NCBI RefSeq assembly: GCF_009834535.1
Contig: NC_045696.1
Coordinates: 91,824,001 to 91,888,000, forward strand
DNA: 64,000 nucleotides
Direction: 5' to 3'
Origin: Camelus ferus
Taxonomy: Eukaryota
Shown here: positions 26,659 to 40,298 of the stretch, piece after piece
Layout: every line of letters starts with the position of its first letter
How positions within the stretch are numbered: position 1 is the first letter of the stretch
Translations under genes and position numbers: made by a program
The notes under the pieces: generated by a model
Told to the model about the DNA's origin: nothing
The model's database searches: none
Seen by the model: the letters and a program-made list of their open reading frames with translations, nothing else

Positions 26659-27438
26659 TAAATCAACAGAAAAAGAAAGTAAAGAAACAATACCCTTTAA
26701 AATAGCACCCAAAGTAATAAAATACGTAGGAATAAACCTAACCAAGGAGGTGAAAGACTTATACATGGAAAACTATAAACCATTGATGAAAGAAATTAAA
26801 GAAGACTTCAAAAAAAAATGGAAAGATATCCCATGCTCCTGGATTGGAAGAATCAATATTGTTAAAATGGTCATACTGCCCAAGGCAAGCTACAGATTTA
26901 ATGCAATCTCTATCAAATTACCCAGGATATATTTCATAGAACTAGAACAAATCATAATAAAATTTATATGGAACCACAAAAGACCTAGAATTTCCAAAGC
27001 ATTACTGAAGAAAAAGAAAGAGGCTGGAGGAATAACTCTCCCAGACTTCAGACAATACTACAGAGCTGCAGTCATCAAGACAGCATGGTATTGGTACAAA
27101 AAACACACATATGGACCAATGGAACAGAATAGAGAGCCCAGAAATGAACCCACAAACTTTTGGTCAACTCATCTTCGACAAAGGAGGCAAGAATATACAT
27201 TGGAATAAAGACAGTCTCTTCAGCAAATGGTGTTGGGAAAACTGGACAGGAGCATGTAAAGCAATGAAGCTAGAACACTCCCTTACACCATACACAAAAA
27301 TCAACTCAAAATGGATCGAAGACTTAAACATAAGACAAGACACAATAAACCTCCTAAAAGAAAATATAAGCAAAACATTATCTGACATACATCTCAAAAA
27401 TGCTCTCCTAGGGCAGTCTACCCAAGCAATAGAAATAA
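26659..27438 (+). mobile_element. Young L1 ORF2 internal fragment, truncated at both ends
   Basis: ORF track peptides [18 protein letters not shown] and [25 protein letters not shown]; no 3'UTR, poly(A) or TSD seen. Confidence 0.95.
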
Positions 27439-30400
27439 TTCCCTTTTAATTAACTTCCCTGCACTCTGTAGTCAAACAGTTAGAAAATGTAGCAAGAAAA
27501 CTGATCACATCATTGGTATTTTACCACCTGTAACCTAAACTCTTCTTTTTTTAAATCAAATTCCTGGTTCTAAGGATTCATTTATTCTTAGTCTTTCCCT
27601 CAAACTGCTTTTGCAGCAATCTTAGAAAACAGGTGGAGGTTCAGGGTGTGAAAAAATAAAGTGGGAGATTTTCAGGATTGTATCCTACCAAGATCTGACA
27701 GGCAAAGACATCTAACAATCAAGGGGAAAACTAGGGCTGCAACAAAGAAATCAATCCAAACAAGATAGTACTTGAAGTGCTCTTGAGAAATGGATTTTAG
27801 ACATTGATATATGACTGCCAATTGTAAGAAGTGGCTTCTGTACTGTTCTTTGGAATTAACCACTACCTAAATACATCTAGAAAACTAAAATACCTTTCTA
27901 GAAAATAGGGAATGGGGGTGGGAAGCCCACATATGTAGGGAGATAAATCACTTAGGGTCCAATAAAACTAGAAAAAAAATCTTATTTTGCAGAGAAAAGT
28001 CATTAGCACTTTGTGAAACCCTAGAGGCAGAAACCAAACTTCTTTGCCTATTATCAGGACTTACGGCAACTTCAAAAATATGAACAGGAGAACGCACAGG
28101 ACTAGAAATATCACTAACATACAAGTGTATAGAACAGTAGCAATATTTAAAACAAAATTATTTGTGAATACAAACAATTTCCTCTTGAGTGGTATTCTAT
28201 TGCTTTTTTAAAAAATTAGCATGATATTTATATCATCCTATAGAAGTTCTAACTTAGTTACTAAAATATATCCTTTCACTAAGGTAGTTTTAATTTTATC
28301 CTGAAGCATCATTACGCTGTATGCCATCAATGTACTCAATAGTTTGACTCCTTCTAAAAGGTGCCTGCCTTGTTGGATTAAGGGTAAGGAGTATTTACAT
28401 GATCTAATAATAATAAGCCATTGCTTGACTGTGATACCACACATTCATATTCATTCCCTCCTCTCTCTTTTCCCCTCTGTCTCTGTCTCTCCCCACCTTC
28501 TTCCAACAAGATGAGAGAATGGTACAACATTGTGTGTTAAATTAACTTCATGTAATTAACCTCATTTGAGCATTACTCAGTCTTTGATTATTCACTAATT
28601 TCCCTCCTGCTCTCTTTAATATGTAGAGAGTCTATTAAAGTAATAGAGCTTCCTTTGACTAAATATGATAATCTTAAGCTTTACTAGAGCAGAAGCAGAA
28701 GTTAAAAATCTTAACCCTAACTTAATAAAAAACCAAACACACAATTCTGTATTTTAGGGTTGATGTATATACTTCATAAAATGGAGGCAAATAATTTTAC
28801 TGTATTTTTTTGAAGGCAAAGGGAAAGAAGACAATTTAGAGAAAAACTGAAATCTCCATTGTTTTAAAGTGCTCTTAATAAAATCACACTTTTAAAATTG
28901 CTATGTCATTTTAAGGTACTCTTAATAAAAATTACATTATTTATTGTTTAATGCAAGAACTTATGTTTCTTACTTCCCTAATGGTCCTCTCCCAGTTCTG
29001 GCAGCATAGTAGGCATTGATAAATATTTTTCTGTTGATTAAAGGACGAAAAAGAATACAAAATCCTTGGATATTTTCTCTTTTTCATGTAGTAGTTATCT
29101 ACTGTTTTGTCCACCTAATATAATTCCCTTTCTTTTATGAATCATCAACCCTTTATGCAAAGAATTGGTTCTTTCTACCCCACTCTTGCAGATCCAATCA
29201 TTCATATGACTGCCACAGAAGTTTCCATGTTCTATGACCCAACCCCAGTGGCTAAGTGGATGAACCACCTTCCTCAAACTGGGTTGGAGGTCTTTTCTAG
29301 GATTATTTTCTTGGGACCTGAGAAAACAACAGGCACTCCCTCTCAGGTGGCAGTAGATGTAAGAAGTAAAACTTAGGCATTGTAGGCAACAGCTTTTCCT
29401 TTAAGTGAAGAAAGCTAATCAGCAGTTTAGGAGAATTAAGCCAACATGCAAAGAAAAGCAGAATGAAAGGCAAAAATGAAAATCTTAGGGGTGGTCATGT
29501 CCTCTGGTCAGGTTATTCCTGATGCCTAGCTTCACAGGCCTTCCCACTCTTCAAATTTTCCTTGAAACCTGTGATCTATGAAACACTTTTTGTTAACACT
29601 AGTTCGAGTCCTAAATAACAGGTGTTTGAAGGCTGAATGCTTTCCACCAATCCTTAAGAATAAAAAATGTAGTTAAATAAGCAAATGACAATAAATAGGC
29701 AATTCAGAGAAAAATATTCTGAGTAAAAAACTAAAAAAAGTACATCACTAAAATTTAGAGAAATGTAAATTAAAACAATAATATTTCAATCTAATAAATT
29801 TTAATGTAACAAAGATTTAACAAAAATGAGTGTATCCAATCCTGGCAAATTACAATGACACAGCATTCTCTTACATCATTTGTGGAAGTATAAATTTCTA
29901 TAAAATGTTTTCGTAATGCATTTTTGAAACTACGTGTTAAAATATCCATATCCTTTGGTCGAGGAATTCCACTGCTGGGATCAAGCCTTAGGAAACAAGT
30001 CTTAATATAGGAAACTTTGTTTGCTTTGGCTTTGAAGAAAGCCAATCACCACAGTAATTTGCAGTAGCAAAATTTTGAGAAGTAATACAAACGTTTATTA
30101 AGGAAATGATTAATTAATTTACTCAATGCAATATTAGTTATTAAAAATAATTTTACAGTGGGTGTGTATAACAACATGGAAAATGCTTACATTATAGTGT
30201 TGGATTTTTAAAAATCAGGATATCAGATTGCATAGTTAAATGTTTTTTAAACTATATATATATACAATCAAAATAATTCAGACATGTCTTTGACTATAAA
30301 AGATTTTATAACATAAGCTGGATATGACTCAATAGGTTAACAGGGAACATGATTCGCATTCTGAAGACTGATTATTAGTGAAAAACTGATCTCCACAGGT

Positions 30401-30769
30401 ATTAGCACCTTGTGCAAAGGGATAAAGGCTGTTGTTCTCCAAATACACACACAGCGACTCTGTGTAAGGGGCTGGCTGCTCAGTTGGCTGCCTTTTTTCT
30501 TTACTGTTAGTGGTTATGAAATGTATAACAATTCCTAGAAACCCAGTTTCAGTACAGTCTTACATGCTGTTCAGGATGTCCTCATCAGTGATATTTAAGT
30601 ATGTGTTCCTTAAATAAACTACATTTATTTATTATGTTTACCTTGCAATAGTTGAACAGCTATAAAAGATTATTAAAAACTTTTATTAAAATTCTTACAG
30701 AAAAATAACATTATGATGGTGAAATCTCAGTTTCTCAATCCCTTTTTCTCCTTAAAATATACTTTTTTT

Positions 30770-33149
30770 ATAGATTTTATTGATTTATAATCATTTTACA
30801 ATGTTGTGTCAAATTCCAGTGTTCAGCACAATTTTTCAGTTATTCATGGACATATACACACTCATTGTCACATTTTTTTCTCTGTGAGTTATCATAACAT
30901 TTTGTGTATATTTCCCTGTGCTATACAGTGTAGTCTATTCTACAATTTTGAAATCCCAGTCTATCCCTTCCCACCCTCCACCCCCCTGGTAACCACAAGT
31001 CTGTATTCTCTGTCTGTGAGTCTATTTCTGTCCTTTATTTACGCTTTGTTTTTGTTTGTTTGTTTTTGTTTTTGTTCCTTAGATTCCACATATGAGCGAT
31101 CTCATATGGTATTTTTCTTTCTCTTTCTGGCTTACTTCACTTAGAATGACATTCTCCAGGAGCATCCATGTTGCTGCAAATGGCATTATGTTGTCGGTTT
31201 TTATGGCTGAGTAGTATTCCATTGTATAAATATACCACCTCTTCTTTATCCAGTCACCTGTTGATGGACATTTAGGCTGTTTCCATGTTTTGGCTATTGT
31301 AAATAGTGCTGCTATGAACATTGGGGTGCAGGTGTCATCCTGAAGTAGGGTTCCTTCTGGATACAAGCCCAGGAGTGGGATTCCTGGGTCATATGGTAAG
31401 TCTATTCCTAGTCTTTTGAGGAATCTCCACACTGTTTTCCATAGTGGCTGCACCAAACTGCATTCCCACCAGCAGTGTAGGAGGGTTCCCCTTTCTCCAC
31501 AGCCTCTCCAGCATTTGTCATTTGGGGATTTTTGAATGACGGCCATTCTGACTGGTGTGAGGTGATACCTCATTGTAGTTTTGATTTGCATTTCTCTGAT
31601 AATTAGTGATATGGAGCATTTTTTTCATGTGCTTTTTGATCATTTGTATGTCTTCCTTGGAGAATTGCTTGTTTAGGTCTTCTGCCCATTTTTGGATTGG
31701 GTTGTTTATTTTTTTCTTATTGAGTCGTATGAGCTGCTTATATATTCTGGAGATCAAGCCTTTGTCGGTTTCACTTGCAAAAATTTTCTCCCATTCCGTA
31801 GGTTTTCTTCTTGTTTTATTTCTGGTTTCCTTTGCTGTGCAGAAGCTTGTAAGTTTCATTAGGTCCCATTTGTTTATTCTTGCTTTTATTTCTTCTAGGA
31901 GAAAATTTTTGAAATGTATGTCAGATAATGTTTTGCCTATGTTTTCCTCTAGGAGGTTTATTGTATCTTGTCTTATGTTTAAGTCTTTGATCCATTTTGA
32001 GTTGATTTTTGTATATGGTGTAAGGGAGTGTTCTAGCTTCATTGTTTTACATGCTGCTGTCCAGTTTTCCCAACACCATTTGCTGAAGAGACTGTCTTTA
32101 TTCCAATGTATATTCTTGCCTCCTTTGTCAAAGATGAGTTGACCAAAAGTTTGTGGGTTCATTTCTGGGCTCTCTATTCTGTTCCATTGGTCCATATGTG
32201 TGTTTTTTGTACCAATACCATGCTGTCTTGATGACTGTAGCTCTATATTATTGTCTGAAGTCTGGGAGAGTTATTCCTCCAGCCTCTTTCTTTCTCTTCA
32301 GTAATGCTTTGGCAATTCTAGGTCTTTGATGGTTCCATATGAATTTTATTATTTTTTCTAATTCTGTGAAATATGTCCTGGGTAATTGGATAGGGATTGC
32401 ATTAAATCTGTAGATTGCCTTGGGCAGTGTGACCATTTTGACAATATTGATTCTTCCAATCCAAGAGCATGGAATATCTTTCCATTTTTTAAAGTCTTCT
32501 TTAATTTCCTTCATCAATGGTTTATAGTTTTCTGTGTATAATTCTTTCACCTCCTTGGTTAGATTTATTCCCAGATATTTTATTACTTTGGGTGCTATTT
32601 TAAAGGGGATTGTTTCTTTACTTTCTTCTTCTGTTGACTTATCGTTAGTGTAAAGAAATGCAACTGAGTTTTGAACGTTAATTTTGTAACCTGCTACCTT
32701 GCTGAATTCTTCAATCAGCTCTAGTAGCTTTTGTGTGGACCTTTTAGGGTTTTATATATATAGTAGCATGTCATCAGCATATAATGACACTTTTACCTCT
32801 TCTTTTCCAATTTGGATCCCTTTTATTTCTTTCTCTTGCCTGACTGCTGTGGCTAGGACTTCCAGGACTATGTTGAATAGGAGTGGTGATAGTGGGCATC
32901 CTTGTCTTGTCCCAGATTTTAGTGGGAAGCTTTTGAGTTTTTCACCGTTGAGTACTATGCTGGCTGTAGGTTTGTCATATATAGCTTTTATTATGTTGAG
33001 ATATGTTCCCTCTATACCCACTTTGGCGAGAGTTTTTATCATAAATGGGTGTTGAATTTTATCAAATGCTTTTTCTGCATCGATTGAGATGATCATGTGG
33101 TTTTTGTCCTTTCTCTTGTTGATGTGATGTATTACACTGATTGATTTGC
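30770..33149 (-). mobile_element. Young 5'-truncated L1 (RT domain to 3'UTR), disrupted ORF2
   Basis: [40 protein letters not shown]-terminal CWRGC...HCWWEC; 16-bp TSD AAAATATACTTTTTTT at 30754-30769 and 33150-33165; TT/AAAA endonuclease site. Confidence 0.97.
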
Positions 33150-34799
33150 AAAATATACTTTTTTTTAAGTGTGATTTTTAAAGTTTTGGGGAATAATATA
33201 ATGAACACATTTTAAAAGAAGAAACTGACTCCAAAAAGTTAGTAGCAGTTATCATAGGAAGTAATTTCAAAGGCAATCTTTTTCATTACTTTCCAAATAC
33301 TTTCCAAACATTCCATAATGTGTATAGCAAAAATAAGAGAGTTAGTTTTTCTTATACATAATAGATCAGCAAATTATTCATAAGTTAATGTTTGAATCAA
33401 CGAAAAAAATTAGTACAAATGAAACACTATAACACATTTGCTAATGCACTACAAAGTATCATTAGATTACATTAATTGTTTTTAAACACCAGCCTATATA
33501 TATACACCTATTTTTCTTTGAAGAGATTCAGGAGCGCTATACGTGAGCTGCTAGAAAAAACACATACAACTTTAAGATGTTCAAAGAATCTTTAAAGTTT
33601 AAAGTTTCCTTTTCTTCCCATTTTTAGGTTTGAAACAATAGTAACTTTGCTTCAATAAAAGGAAAAGAGAATATGCGACAGCTTCAGGTCACTATTTATA
33701 TTTTCTGATAAGACTGTAATTACACTAAGGAGAAAAAAGAAAGATGAAAGGCATTCACTTAAAAATGTGCATTACATGCCCACTATGTGTGTGATACCAC
33801 ATCAGACATTCATTAATTTGGAAATAAAGGAATGGTACCCTTTCCTCGAGTGACTCATAGTTACATTTGGAAGACAGTAAAAAAGGAAGACAGTTACATT
33901 CCAGTGTAATAAAAATGGTAAAGGAAGAAGGCAGATGAGAAAGGGCAGAGAGAGGCAAGTAATCAGCTGCTTTTTGTGTCCTGGAAAGCGTGAAGAACTT
34001 TATGATTAGAAAAGTCTCTCTGATTGCACCATAAATGCTGTTACAAACAGGCAAGGAGAAGAAAAGACGGAGGAGGTCGGCCAAGTGTAATGGAGGGAAC
34101 ACAATAAAATTTGTTAGAAAGACTTTCATTTCCTTCTCAAAATATTTAATAATCAAGGGGAAAAAAGTGAGTTATTGTGATTACTTCCACATCAAAGGTC
34201 ACTCAAAGAATTTTATTAATACTGAAGTGACATTTTAAATGCCCCCAAAAACTTTTCAACATATTACATATGCTCTTCATTTCACCAAAGAGAATAAGAA
34301 AATAAGAAAAAAAAATTTAAGTAGTATTGATTCAAAATTGAAATTAATGTCTGTCAATAAAGTTATAAAATGAATCTCCAACTAAAAATTATTCAATCAC
34401 ATAAAAATATAATAGTCAAAGTATTCTTGCAGTTAAGAAAACTATTTTACTTTTGGCCAATTTTTTTGCTGTCAGTGTTTTACTAAATGTTTTCTAACTG
34501 AAATCCTATAACCTTAAACTGAAAGTTTCCTAATGCAATGCCATGAGGAAACGTAATGTGACTTTATAAGATCATCAAATAACGGCAATGTGGTCTCAAA
34601 TTAATTTTAAGCAGATGCTTATAAGGTTCACAAAAGACATGTCAGTTATGGGGTTGGCTAGGAACATAGTTATACTCGTGTCTCTGTAAAACGTTCAATG
34701 ATAGACAGAACCTGGAACTAGGCTGGGATGAAGACTTTCTGGATTCTGCTGTGTACATTATGATATTTGCCTATTTTAGAAGTTCAATCAGTCCCTGAA

Positions 34800-35077
34800 C
34801 ATGTATTATTTGACTTGCAGAATGAATTTTTTTTTTATGAGCACCAACTTAAAATTTGAGAGATTTTACTTAGAGATTCAGATACTCTGCCCTTCTGTAA
34901 AAATCAAGTAATACAGAAAAAATGAGCCCACATTCCCCCAAAAAACAATCTTCTGGAGCTGCTGCCTCATTTAATGAGCATGCACCTTTCCATTCACTAT
35001 AGCTAACACCCAGCCTGTTTCACTCACTTATTCTGTATACCTGTCTTGCTCCATAATCATTTGATTTGCCATTCTGC
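34800..35077. mobile_element. hAT-Charlie MITE (MER102-like)
   Basis: AAATTTGAGAGATTTTAC...GCCTGTTTCACTCACTTA...CATTTGATTTGC resembles the remembered consensus. Confidence 0.55.
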
Positions 35078-35884
35078 CTAATTCTAAAATTTACTAGCTG
35101 GATTTTAGATGCCTTTAGAAGCCATTTAATGCCGAACTGAATGAGCCTTTGCCAACCTCAAATATTTTTTCTCTGAAAATTATGAAAAGTGGTTGTCTGC
35201 CATTCACTTCAGGAATTCTGTAGAATGAATTCTATTTTTATTTTGAAAAATAAAAAAATATATCTCTATCTATGAAAAGAGAGAGAGAGAGTGAGAATGA
35301 TAAAACCATAGAGAAAAATCTAAATTTATATTAACAGTTACCAAGATATTAAAACTTGAAGGCAAGGAAAAACCATGACTCCTCCAGAAACTGCAGTGAT
35401 TCCTTAGTTGAAAGATTAGCTGATATCTATCCTACAGACAGCAACTTGGCTCTCACAAAGCTGGCAGGAACAGGCCTTTTTCGGCTCTTTTCCTATTAAC
35501 AAAAAACAATAACAACAGCAGAAAGAAATGACCCAGTACCAACTATGCAAAAGGCCCAAAGCAACATGCTTCATAGATTTTCTGATTTAAACCTTTTGAG
35601 GGATCCTAGCTCCAGCTTCTCTATTTCCTTTTAGTTTCAATAAAGGGATTTTTACCTGATTTTTAGCAATTTCTTTGCCATATCAAATGTTTTATTAACC
35701 CCTACTTTAGTGTTGTCAAGGTGTGTTCTACAGTAAGCCCCCATCACACATTCCAAAAATGGTTTCACAATAAGCTAAGATTGGAAATAACAGGTTTCTT
35801 TACTGTATGACTTCTCAGAGCTTTTACTATGCTAATGTGTAAAGTGAATCACCAAGAAAAGATTGACATAGAGCAACTTAAATT

Positions 35885-36082
35885 TTTGTTTGTTTTTGTT
35901 TTTATTTTTTTATTGAGTTATAGTCAATTTACAATGTTGTGTCAATTTCTGGTGTACAGCACAATTTTTCAGTCACACATGAATATACATATATTCATTT
36001 CCATATTCTTTTTCACTGTGAGCTACTACAAGATCTTGAATATATTTCCCTGGCTATACAGTATAAATTTTGTTTATCTATT
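35885..36082 (-). mobile_element. Short L1 3' end
   Basis: T-tail and antisense 3'UTR; approximate TSD AACTTAAA(A)TTT on both sides. Confidence 0.85.
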
Positions 36083-37289
36083 CCAAACTTAAAATTTGAC
36101 CATAGTATACTTTTTCGATAACATTTCACAGGAATACCTTGGAACACACTTTAAGGAATAATGCTCTATTTTCAGTATTAATTTAATAACCATTCTATGT
36201 GATTACCTTTATTTAAAGTGGTATTCATTTCAATAGGGTATCAGAATGTATAAACAAAAAGCAGAAAGTCAAGTGGATAGCAGATACTCCCAACAAGAAT
36301 AGGGACTCCTCCTTTCCTAGTGAGTCCTGAAGAGGACTCACATCTGGTCCATAAGCTGCCCTCTTCAGAGGGTCCCCTGCCCACAATGGAGTCTGGTCCA
36401 TTAAAGACTTCCCTCTCCTACATACCATTTCAGTGGTTGTCTCAGGCTCTGTCCTACACATTTTCTGGAAAATCAAACTGGTTTCTGCCTCCAGACTCTT
36501 TACTTCACCTTTTAATTCACCTTGGCCCACTGCTTTCAACTTGGTAGACTCCTTGGGCAGGCTAATGTGCCCCATCCTTTCCCTAACCTGGAGAGGGCAA
36601 CTGGGGCACATTCACTACCCCAAAACCAATTTTCTACCCCAGACCCAGACAATTTCTTTGACTATGAGAGATTGACAGTACCACACCTAAAGACGGTATT
36701 CTTATTATCTTGGTGAAGTTGAATGTTAGTATTTTTCTTGTTTAAAGATCAGTAAGGCCAATCCAAAAGACACGTGAAAGGAGCTAATGAACAGTATATT
36801 CTCATACTCACAATTTGTCACATTGTCAGATTCACAAAGTCTGACCTATCTGATCTTCACATATTTCCCAAGTAGCCCACACCACGGACTTCAAGATCCA
36901 TGGATTAAAAATTTCAGCCAGGGTAGGTTTTTCCAGTGCCATTCCTCCACCAGTGTCTTGAAGACAGAAACTACATTATTCCTTTTAGACTTCTCCACTC
37001 CCCAAAATATAGAACCTGAAACCTCCCCTGACAGCAAAGGCATAGTTAGAATTCCAGAGCCCCTCAGTAACAGAGATTCCCCTATATAACCTGACCTTAC
37101 AAGGCTCCAGTACCCCCACAAAGGGCTCTATTGAGAAACAGAAGCCAGCTAAGGAAGACCTCTTGAAAGTTTTTGGATAGTTCCTTCACTGCAAACAGGA
37201 AGCTAGCATTAGTAGGCCTGAGGTGCTTCAAACAAGCTGACCATCAAACCAGGCGAAATCTTAGCAATAATTCTCTCCACTCAGAGTCT

Positions 37290-37720
37290 CATCTATTCAT
37301 TTATTCATTCATCAAAGAACTTCAGCTAATTCGGAAGACTGGTTGATTGGTCAACTGGCACTAAAGGTAAATACTCTAACTGCAGGCATGCACAGAATTT
37401 TATGAGAGCACAGAGGAGGATTCAGTCAAGGAAGTTAGAATGGTAAAGGATGAGTTAGGGTCAATGTGGGGCAGAGGAATTTCAGCAAGGAATTTCAGAA
37501 GGGCATTAGCCAAAGCAGAGAAGCTTGAGAGAAGATGGCATATTCTGGTTAATTCTTAGTGCTTCCTGTGAAGTAATTATGATTGAGGGCCAACTGAAGA
37601 TCACATGAGCCAGGTTATTGAAAGTGCACCTTCCCTCAGTGCTACGGCGCCCCTGGGGGATCTGAGGCAGGAATCAGATTGGCATTTTTGAAAGATCGCT
37701 CTACCAGAAGTCACCTAAGA
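37290..37720 (-). mobile_element. L2 fragment
   Basis: ATTCATTTATTCATTCATC terminus and TTTTTGAAAGATCGCTCT motif. Confidence 0.45.
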
Positions 37721-38836
37721 AACTTCCATAGAGACTCAGGCCCAGGAATATTTTGTCTGTCTGTCAGTCTGTCCTCCCATTGAGTCCTCTCCTTTAAATC
37801 TTGTTTCTCCTATAAAACTCAACTTATAGATGCTCTCATTGATTGACAGCATCAATCCGTGCATATTCTACCTCACAACAACTGCCACATGATTTCCCCA
37901 CTTAGAGACTCGACCTCCTGCCCTTATGCCTTTCTCCTTTCTCCTCTCTCCTGCATCTTAGGACACCAATTCTGTCTCCAGGCTTGAGTTCAACAGCCTT
38001 ATCCAACTTTCTGCATCAATTCATTCTTGTTGCTGAATTTTTTTATGCTCTGTTAATAAACAAACTTCTATCTTGGTTTCTTATAATCTTGTCTTCTATT
38101 GGTAATCTCATCTAACACTAGATCCTTAATATTCTCTTTCCAGGCCAGGATCACAGTCTTACAATTCACTTTCTCTGCCTCTGAGTGATTAAATCAACTT
38201 TTGGATTCCCCAACATAAGTCCTACTATCAGATGGGGCAACTTATTAGTTACCAGTACTTCGTCTTGAACTTCTCTTGTTAACTTCTTGTCCAACACATC
38301 AATGCTTTTAGAAAGTCAAGGCTGAGTATGGAAGGAAAGTAGGTAGTAAAAGACAACACCTATACAGTACATAAGGCTGAGGCTGTTTTCCTTAGCACCT
38401 GTTCTACCCAATCGATGGGTGTAATCCCACGTCCAGTCTCTTCTAATAAACTATGTACTTATCATAAGAAATTGAGCCATGCTCAGTTGAGTTCTGGAAG
38501 GTGATAAGTGCAATTTATTCTTATTGGTCTCTCAGATGATAACCTGGCTCATCAGATTGATCCTCACTGAGACTTAATCTTATGTCACATGTCATGAAAT
38601 GATAATGTTATGTTTCTCCCTTGTTAGCCCTTTAAGTCCTTCCTTCCCTTATCCAGATTAAAAAGATTCATAAACCCTTCAATTCTTCCATTCTTAGAAA
38701 CTAAGTAGTATTGGGCCTGTCTTGTAGTATTTATAATTTATTGAATATGGAATCATATAACCCCAAAGGCAAAAGTATATACTTTTTTCTTACCCTTTGG
38801 TAATCTTGGATTTATTTCTCAAAATTAAAATTCTCC

Positions 38837-40298
38837 TGAATGAAGCTGGAGGTATCATGCTCCCTGATTTCAAACTATATGACAAAGCTAAAGTAATCAA
38901 AATATTATGATACTGGCACAAAAACAGAAACATAGATCAATGGAACAGAATTAAGAGCTCAGAAATAAACCCATACATATATGGACAATTAGTTCACAAC
39001 AAGGGAACAAAGAACATGCAATAGAGAAAGGACAGTCTCTGCAATAAATGGTGTTGGGAAAACTGGAGAGCCACATGCAAAAGAATGAAACTGGATTACT
39101 ATCTTACACCATACATAAAATTTAAATCAAAATGGATTAAAAACTTGAATGTAAAACCTGAAATCATAAAATTCCTAGAAGAAAACATAGGTGGTAACCT
39201 CACTGCATTGGTGGTAGCCAAGTTTTCAGTGGATCTGACTCCAAAGGCAAGGGAAACAAAAGCAAAAATAAACAAATGGGACTACCTTAAACTAAAAAAG
39301 CTTCTGCACAGTCAAGGAAACCATTATCAAAATGAAAAACCAACCTATGGACTGAGAGAAAATATTTGCAAACCATATATCCAATAAGAGGTTAATATCC
39401 AAAATATATAAGGTACTCATACAGCTTAACATCAAAAAAACAAATAACCTGACTTATAAATAGACAAGTGACTTGAACAGACATTTTTCCAAAAGAGACA
39501 TACAAATTACCAGTAGGTATATGGAAAAGTAGGTGATCAACATCACTAGTCATCAGGGAAATGCAAATCAAAACCATAAGACATCACTTCACACCAATTA
39601 GAATGGCTATTATCAAAAACACAAGGGATAACAAATGTTGGAGAGGATGCAGAGAAAAGGAAACCCTCGTACTCTTTTGATGAGACTATAAATTGGTGTA
39701 TCCACTATGGAAAACAGTATAGAGAGTCCTCAAAAAATTAAGAATAGAACCACCATAAGACCCAGCTATTCCACTTTTGGGTGTTTATCCAAAGGATAAC
39801 AAAAACACTCATTCAAACAGATATACACACCGCTATGTTCACTGCAGCATTATTTACAACAGCCAAGATATGGAAACAACCAAAGTGTCCACTGATGAAT
39901 GGATAAAGAAATTATGGCTTATAGACACATGGAGTACTACTTAGCCATTAAAAAGAGTGAAATCCTGCCATTTGTGACAATATGAATAGATCTTGAGGGC
40001 ATTATGCTAAGTGAAAAAAATTAGACAAAGACAATTACTTATAATTTCACTCAGATGTGGAATATAAAACAAAACAAAACAAATCAAAACACAAAATAAA
40101 ACAAAAAAAAACCTCATAGGTACAGAAAACAGATTAGTGGTGACTAGAGGGGAAAGAGGTTGTGCAGTGGGCAAAATAAGTGAAGGGGGTCAACTGTATG
40201 GTGACTGATGGTTACCAGATTTGTGGTGATGATCACTGTGTAGTATATACAGATGTTGAATTGTAATGCTGTATTCCTGAATCTTGTATAATTAAAAA
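38837..40298 (+). mobile_element. 5'-truncated L1 (L1MA-like), ORF2 3' third plus 3'UTR
   Basis: [39 protein letters not shown] at 38827-38836 and 40299-40308. Confidence 0.92.

Noticed and set aside
31606..32142. 178-aa plus-strand ORF (also 32699-33055, 48176-48610)
   Set aside because: Antisense shadow frames of L1 ORF2
33755..34156. 133-aa minus-strand ORF
   Set aside because: Low-complexity hydrophobic translation of purine-rich DNA; no recognisable homology or LEKR1 match
36225..37121. Cluster of overlapping 64-128 aa ORFs
   Set aside because: No recognisable protein; a locally higher GC patch, possibly degraded L2, explains the low stop density
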